From sequence record SRR22947725_425: a stretch of 59,443 bases of DNA. The stretch is one strand, 5' to 3'. Shown here piece by piece: positions 54,742 through 59,443 of this stretch. Both the position numbers and the translations under genes were made by a program. Each line of letters begins with the position of its first letter. The stretch's first letter is position 1. The notes beneath the pieces were generated by a model that saw only the letters and a program-made list of their open reading frames with translations, did no database searches and was not told the origin of the DNA.

Positions 54742-56601
54742 TTATTTATCATTAAGTAATTTAACTTCATTTAAAAAATCGGAAAGTTCCTCAAAAATAT
54801 TTTCTTTAGGAACCAAGCGGGGCACCAAACGAATCCGCTCCATCATGTAGCGCGGTTGTTTGGGTAAGTGAATGAAATATATGGATTTATTGCTTTTGCT
54901 CAAGTCAACCAATAAGTCTTCTAAGGCGTATAAGCCAGACTGATCCAAATACTCCATACGATCAAAACGGAATAGTACAATTTTTGCCGCTTTTGGAATT
55001 TCTTTTGATAGCTTCTGAAATCCATCTGTAGACCCGAAAAACAAAGGACCATTAATATGCTTAATTGCAATATTGTCACTCTTTAATTCAGTAAATGCTG
55101 CTTCGTCTTCCCAAAGCTTTTCTTTGGATCCTGAGGAAACAACGGACTGACTTGCGGTAAGATCTCCAATTTTTTTCATAAACATTAGAGACGCAACAAC
55201 GAGGCCAATTCCTACTGCGTAAACCAAATTCCATATCGTTGCCAAAACCATAACAGCAATCATTACAACAACTTCGGAACTAATTCCTATTTTTCCAATA
55301 CGGATATCACGTGGCAAAGACGGAATAGCACGAATTCCCTTGTAATCCATCACACCAATACCAACAGTTACTAAAATTCCAGCAAGAACTGCCGCTGGAA
55401 TTGTAGAAGCCAGAGAACTTAATGCTAATAGAATAAACAGTAATACCAAACCAGCAACCATTCCTGAAATCCGTGTTTTACCGCCAGAATTGATATTCAC
55501 TACGGTTCTAATCGTTGCTCCTGCTCCAGGGATACCACCAAATAAAGCAGAAATCGTATTTCCTACGCCTTGACCAATTAGCTCTTTGTTAGGCTTGTGG
55601 CGAGTTTTAGTCATGTTGTCAGCCACTACACTTGTAAGCAATGAATCAATAGCACCCAATAAAGAAAGTGTTAAGGCCGTAAACACATAAGGTGTTATCT
55701 GGGTCAAACTAAGTTCAGTGAATATTTCCCATTTTGGAACAGGAAATCCTTGAGGAATCGCAGTAATTGGACGGTACGTAGGAACAAAAAGCACGGCAAC
55801 ACCCGTCATAACAACAAGCGCAACTAAAGTACTAGGAACTGCTGATGTAATCCTTTTAAACCCATATATAATTATAATGGTTCCTAATGCCAATAAAAAC
55901 TCAATCCAACTGATGTGCTGCAATGCCTTAGGAAGCACACGCAAGGCTCCTAAAACACCAGAAGCAGATTTAGCAGCTAGTGTTTGTGATTCTTCCAGTA
56001 TTTGAGTATTGGAAATTCCTTGCCCTCGAGAAACCGTCTCCGAAAAATCTTCAAGAACCAACAAACCTTCGCCTGCCTCTTCTTGTAGAATATTACTTAA
56101 AATAATGGCTTCAGCCTGGGGTGTAAATGAATCTACAAATGCCTTATCCTCTTTAGCATAATACCCCAAAACAGGAAGTAGTTGCGTTATAAGAATGATA
56201 AGTCCAATGGCTGTCATAAAACCAGAAACAACCGGGTAAGGGATGTATCGTATATACTTACCAAATTTAAGAAAGCCAAGGCCGACTTGCATTAAGCCAG
56301 CAAGCATAAAAACAGCCAAGATAATAGGAAGTGCTTTTTCAACACTACCGTCATTAGCAGCAATTAAGCCGCCAATAATAACCATGCTCACAGCTGTCAT
56401 TGGGGCAGTTGGCCCAGAAATCTGTGTGTTAGTACCACCCAGAAGAGCTGCAAAAAAACTTAAAAATATAGCGCCGTAAAGCCCAGCAGTGGGCCCCAAA
56501 CCTGAGGATACACCAAATGCTAATGCCAAGGGAAGCGCAACGATACCAGCGGTTAAACCACCAAAAATATCGCCTTTAATATGAACGAATGCTTTTTTCA
56601 T
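54742..56601 (-). CDS. SulP/SLC26 anion (probably bicarbonate) transporter with STAS domain
   Basis: GDIFGGLTAGIVALPLALAFG, QISGPTAP, ELIGQG, GATIRT, GPLFFG, DQSG. Confidence 0.95.
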   Translation of the reverse strand: MKKAFVHIKGDIFGGLTAGIVALPLALAFGVSSGLGPTAGLYGAIFLSFFAALLGGTNTQISGPTAPMTAVSMVIIGGLIAANDGSVEKALPIILAVFMLAGLMQVGLGFLKFGKYIRYIPYPVVSGFMTAIGLIILITQLLPVLGYYAKEDKAFVDSFTPQAEAIILSNILQEEAGEGLLVLEDFSETVSRGQGISNTQILEESQTLAAKSASGVLGALRVLPKALQHISWIEFLLALGTIIIIYGFKRITSAVPSTLVALVVMTGVAVLFVPTYRPITAIPQGFPVPKWEIFTELSLTQITPYVFTALTLSLLGAIDSLLTSVVADNMTKTRHKPNKELIGQGVGNTISALFGGIPGAGATIRTVVNINSGGKTRISGMVAGLVLLFILLALSSLASTIPAAVLAGILVTVGIGVMDYKGIRAIPSLPRDIRIGKIGISSEVVVMIAVMVLATIWNLVYAVGIGLVVASLMFMKKIGDLTASQSVVSSGSKEKLWEDEAAFTELKSDNIAIKHINGPLFFGSTDGFQKLSKEIPKAAKIVLFRFDRMEYLDQSGLYALEDLLVDLSKSNKSIYFIHLPKQPRYMMERIRLVPRLVPKENIFEELSDFLNEVKLLNDK

Positions 56602-56653
56602 TTTGAATTGTTTAGATAACTTTTAACTGTTTTGATAGGGGGCAAACAAACAA

Positions 56654-56995
56654 CTAAACAAACTCAGGAGGAGGAGAATCTATTACTGAAAGGTGATTAA
56701 CAAATAACGTTTCTTGGAAATGCGGAAGCGAAATCAAGCTATCAAATAAAATAACGAAAGACCATTCGGCAATAAAGAATTTATTATCCTCTAGAAACTC
56801 AAGACTAGACTTAGCATCTTTAGGCTTAGGCTCTTCAGTTTCCATAGCAAATGAAAAAGAATTATCAGAAGTATAATCAAAAACCGAAAGGGCAATCGTG
56901 TTAAGTTGAGCAAACAAAACCAAAAAAAGCAACCATTTAATAGATTTTGTTGAAAAAAATAAATAACGCGTATGTACCAATTCTATATTTTTCAT
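56654..56995 (-). CDS. Small membrane-anchored ORF ending ...DSPPPEFV (candidate leader/arrest peptide)
   Basis: Hydrophobic N-terminal segment, acidic linker, C-terminal PPP; 52 nt upstream of the SulP gene; ATG chosen downstream of the -7 box. Confidence 0.55.
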   Translation of the reverse strand: MKNIELVHTRYLFFSTKSIKWLLFLVLFAQLNTIALSVFDYTSDNSFSFAMETEEPKPKDAKSSLEFLEDNKFFIAEWSFVILFDSLISLPHFQETLFVNHLSVIDSPPPEFV

Positions 56996-57007
56996 TTTAT
57001 AGCTTAA

Positions 57008-57015
57008 CAAATATA
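57008..57015 (-). promoter_or_regulatory. Bacteroidota -7 promoter box for the leader ORF-SulP-carbonic anhydrase operon
   Basis: TATATTTG on the minus strand. Confidence 0.55.
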
Positions 57016-57070
57016 CATGATTATAAGGTGAAATTCACTTTTAAAAAGTGTCATATGTCAACTTATTTAG

Positions 57071-57180
57071 AACATTTGTTTATGTAAACAATAAAAAATG
57101 TTATTTATTTTTGAATAATGAAAAATAAACTTGTTTCTTGTAAACATATTTTAGAGCATCTTTCAGTAAAACAATATGTT
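57071..57180. promoter_or_regulatory. Cluster of TGTT/AACA inverted repeats (candidate operators)
   Basis: TTGTTTA-TG-TAAACAA (57076-57091), TTGTTTC-TTG-TAAACAT (57131-57147), AACA-TT-TGTT (57071-57080), AACA-ATA-TGTT (57170-57180). Confidence 0.45.
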
Positions 57181-57219
57181 ATTAACTTTTATTAGTGTGA
57201 ACCTACATAATTTTACATT

Positions 57220-57510
57220 ATGAAAATACATGATAGAATAAAAAAAATTCTTTCTGACGAAAATTTATCAATTTCTGAATTTGAGCGCACTTTAGGTGTA
57301 GGTCAAAATTCTATATCAACTTGCCTAAGAAGAACTTCAAGCGTAGGGCATCATGTACTTGTTGCTATTAAACAGAATTACCCGCAGTACAGTTTAGATT
57401 GGCTATTGACTGGACAGGATGATGAAGAAAGCGATACAAAAAAAATTATATCTACTTTATTAGGAAAGTTACAAGATCTAGAAAAAGACCTTAAAAGGCT
57501 AGAGGAATAA
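57220..57510 (+). CDS. Small Cro/CI-like helix-turn-helix protein
   Basis: RIKKIL...LSISEFERTLGVGQNSIS...SLDWLLTG; overlaps the hisS stop convergently. Confidence 0.85.
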   Translation: MKIHDRIKKILSDENLSISEFERTLGVGQNSISTCLRRTSSVGHHVLVAIKQNYPQYSLDWLLTGQDDEESDTKKIISTLLGKLQDLEKDLKRLEE

Positions 57511-58869
57511 CCCCTCTAAATTGGCGGTGCTCAAACCAACTTCTTTGGTAGAACCGAGTTTCATATTCTTAACAGCAATAACTCCCTTGGCTTGTTCTTC
57601 TTCTCCAAACAATATAACATGTTGGGTGTTTAGCTGATTCGCATACTGTAGTTGCTTTTTTAATTTATGATCCGTAGGATATATCATAACGCGGAGGCCC
57701 GCTTTACGTAACTTGGAAATATGAGGAAGCAAATGTTGAATAAAGGCATCTCCAAAATTTAAAACTACCACATCCAGGGGTTGATTCAAGTCTTTAGGGT
57801 ATAAATCTAACGCTTCCAAAACCAAACAAAGTCGGTCTAACCCAAAAGATATACCCAGTCCGTTCATACCTGATAAGCCAAACAGTTCGGTTAAATTATC
57901 ATAACGTCCTCCGGCACCTATTGAACCCATTGTTACTGCTTCGGGAGGTGCAACTTCAAAGATAATTCCCGTGTAATAATTCAATCCTCTAGCTAAAGTC
58001 AGGTCAAACGTTAGTTTGCTAAGCTGTAATGGAGACACAAAGGACAGCACCTTACGTAAATGCGCAATACCTGCTTGAGCTTGGGGTTGTGACAAGAGTA
58101 CATTTTCAAGGGTATCTAACTGATCTTCAATAGTTCCTGAAAGCGATAGTAGTGGCTCTAATTTTGAAATAGAGTCACTTTTAAACCCTTTATTTTTAAG
58201 CTCCTCATAAACACCTTGGACTCCAATTTTATCGAGTTTATCAAGTGCAATTGTAAAGTCAATAATTCGTTCGGGCTCGCAGAGATATTGTGCAATTCCA
58301 GCTAAAATTCCTCGGTGATTAATTCTGATTGTTGCGCCTTTTAAAGAGAGTCCATCAAAAACATCATCAAAAAGCTGTATGCATTCTGCCTCCAAAACAG
58401 GGCTAAGAGGACCTACAACATCGGCATCACATTGCGTAAATTCTTGAAAACGGCCACGTTGTGGTCGATCGGCTCGCCAGACAGGCTGAATTTGATAGCG
58501 TTTGAATGGGAAGCTCAACTCGTTTTGGTGTTGTACTACAAATCGAGCAAAAGGAACGGTTAAATCGTAACGTAATGCCTTTTCAGATATAGATTGTGTA
58601 AATCGTCCCAACTTACTTTCTTGCAAGGCAGCGATATCCGCTTTTTTCACTTTCTCTCCTGAGTTAAGCACGTTAAACATAAGCTTATCGCCCTCCTCAC
58701 CGTATTTCCCTTGTAAGGAACTGGATTTTTCCATGGCCGGCGTTTCAATGGGTAAGAATCCATAGCGCTCAAAACATGTTCGAATAACACCCAATACATA
58801 CGACTTGCGCGCATAATCGAGCGGTAAAAAATCGCGGGTTCCCTTTGGGATGCTAGGTTTCTGTGCCAT
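57499..58869 (-). CDS. hisS: Histidine--tRNA ligase
   Basis: PKGTRDF, LRYDLTVP, WRADRPQRGRFQEFTQCDAD, LARGLNYYTG, GGRYD. Confidence 0.98.
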   Translation of the reverse strand: MAQKPSIPKGTRDFLPLDYARKSYVLGVIRTCFERYGFLPIETPAMEKSSSLQGKYGEEGDKLMFNVLNSGEKVKKADIAALQESKLGRFTQSISEKALRYDLTVPFARFVVQHQNELSFPFKRYQIQPVWRADRPQRGRFQEFTQCDADVVGPLSPVLEAECIQLFDDVFDGLSLKGATIRINHRGILAGIAQYLCEPERIIDFTIALDKLDKIGVQGVYEELKNKGFKSDSISKLEPLLSLSGTIEDQLDTLENVLLSQPQAQAGIAHLRKVLSFVSPLQLSKLTFDLTLARGLNYYTGIIFEVAPPEAVTMGSIGAGGRYDNLTELFGLSGMNGLGISFGLDRLCLVLEALDLYPKDLNQPLDVVVLNFGDAFIQHLLPHISKLRKAGLRVMIYPTDHKLKKQLQYANQLNTQHVILFGEEEQAKGVIAVKNMKLGSTKEVGLSTANLEGLFL

Positions 58870-58901
58870 GCTTAAAAGTATACAAATATCTGTTTTTAAC
58901 G

Positions 58902-58927
58902 AAAAAAAGCCGCAAAAGCGGCTTTTT
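58902..58927 (-). terminator. Terminator after rplI
   Basis: Minus strand AAAAAGCCGC-TTTT-GCGGC-TTTTTTT. Confidence 0.85.
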
Positions 58928-58945
58928 ATTTTTTCTAAGAAGGGA

Positions 58946-59401
58946 TTATGCTTCTTTTGACTTAATTACCTCAAACGCTAAATCGGCAAACACCTCACGG
59001 TGAAGACGAATATTTGCAGTATGACTACCCAAAGTCTTAACAGACCCACCCGGAAGTTTAATACACTTGCGCTCTACGGACTGGCCTGCTTTAGAAAGTG
59101 CTGCTTCTAAATCAATGGTCCCTACAGAACCAAACAATTTATTACCCGCACCTGCTTTAGCCTCAATCTTAATCGCTAAACCTTCCAAAGCTTTTGATAG
59201 CTTTTGAGCATCTTCAATAAGTTTTTGCTCTTTAAAAGCACGTTGCTTTAGATTTTCAGCCAATACTTTTTTTGCAGATGATGTTGCTAACACTGCTAAC
59301 CCTTGTGGGATTAGAAAGTTGCGTCCGTAACCGTTTTTTACATTAACGATGTCGTCTTTGAACCCTAGGTTCTCAACGTCTTGTTTTAAAATAATTTCCA
59401 T
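58946..59401 (-). CDS. rplI: 50S ribosomal protein L9
   Basis: MEIILKQDVENLG...VKNGYGRNFLIPQG, KLFGSV. Confidence 0.98.
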   Translation of the reverse strand: MEIILKQDVENLGFKDDIVNVKNGYGRNFLIPQGLAVLATSSAKKVLAENLKQRAFKEQKLIEDAQKLSKALEGLAIKIEAKAGAGNKLFGSVGTIDLEAALSKAGQSVERKCIKLPGGSVKTLGSHTANIRLHREVFADLAFEVIKSKEA

Positions 59402-59406
59402 TGTGA

Positions 59407-59443
59407 TTATTTTAATAAATCTGCTACGTATGGCATAAGTGCC
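59407..59443 (-). CDS. rpsR: 30S ribosomal protein S18, 3' end (partial; not in the ORF track)
   Basis: Minus strand reads ...ALMPYVADLLK*, the S18 C-terminus, immediately upstream of rplI as in rpsF-rpsR-rplI. Confidence 0.9.
   Translation of the reverse strand, partial: ALMPYVADLLK

Noticed and set aside
800-56479. Numerous 60-136 aa ORFs nested in or antisense to long genes
   Set aside because: Shadow ORFs of well-supported CDSs with no independent evidence

Overview
AT-rich chromosomal segment of a Bacteroidota bacterium, most likely a marine Flavobacteriaceae (inferred from SusC/SusD, T9SS C-terminal domains, TAnnTTTG promoter boxes and an Na+/sugar symporter). Positions 1-5.1 kb look like a recombination-scarred integration hotspot. 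It starts with a tRNA-Ala/tmRNA-like 3' fragment plus a hairpin, and carries three degenerate copies of an ~85-bp element, one of which marks the truncation point of an oxidoreductase gene. Positions ~8.3-45.1 kb are a large polysaccharide utilization locus, most likely for a sulfated, acetylated xylan-containing glycan. It encodes a hybrid two-component system, SusC/SusD, three GH10 domains (one fused to a sulfatase), GH30, GH5, two GH43, GH3, five Cys-type S1 sulfatase domains, esterases and uncharacterised T9SS cargo, including a beta-helix protein with an inserted CBM. Downstream are a DUF1800/DUF1501 pair (DUF1501 has both a Tat signal and a T9SS CTD), galM-galK-galT with an Na+/sugar symporter, a SulP/beta-carbonic anhydrase operon preceded by a candidate PPP-ending leader ORF, a small HTH gene, hisS, rplI and the end of rpsR. 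All family calls come from reading motifs by eye; no searches were run.
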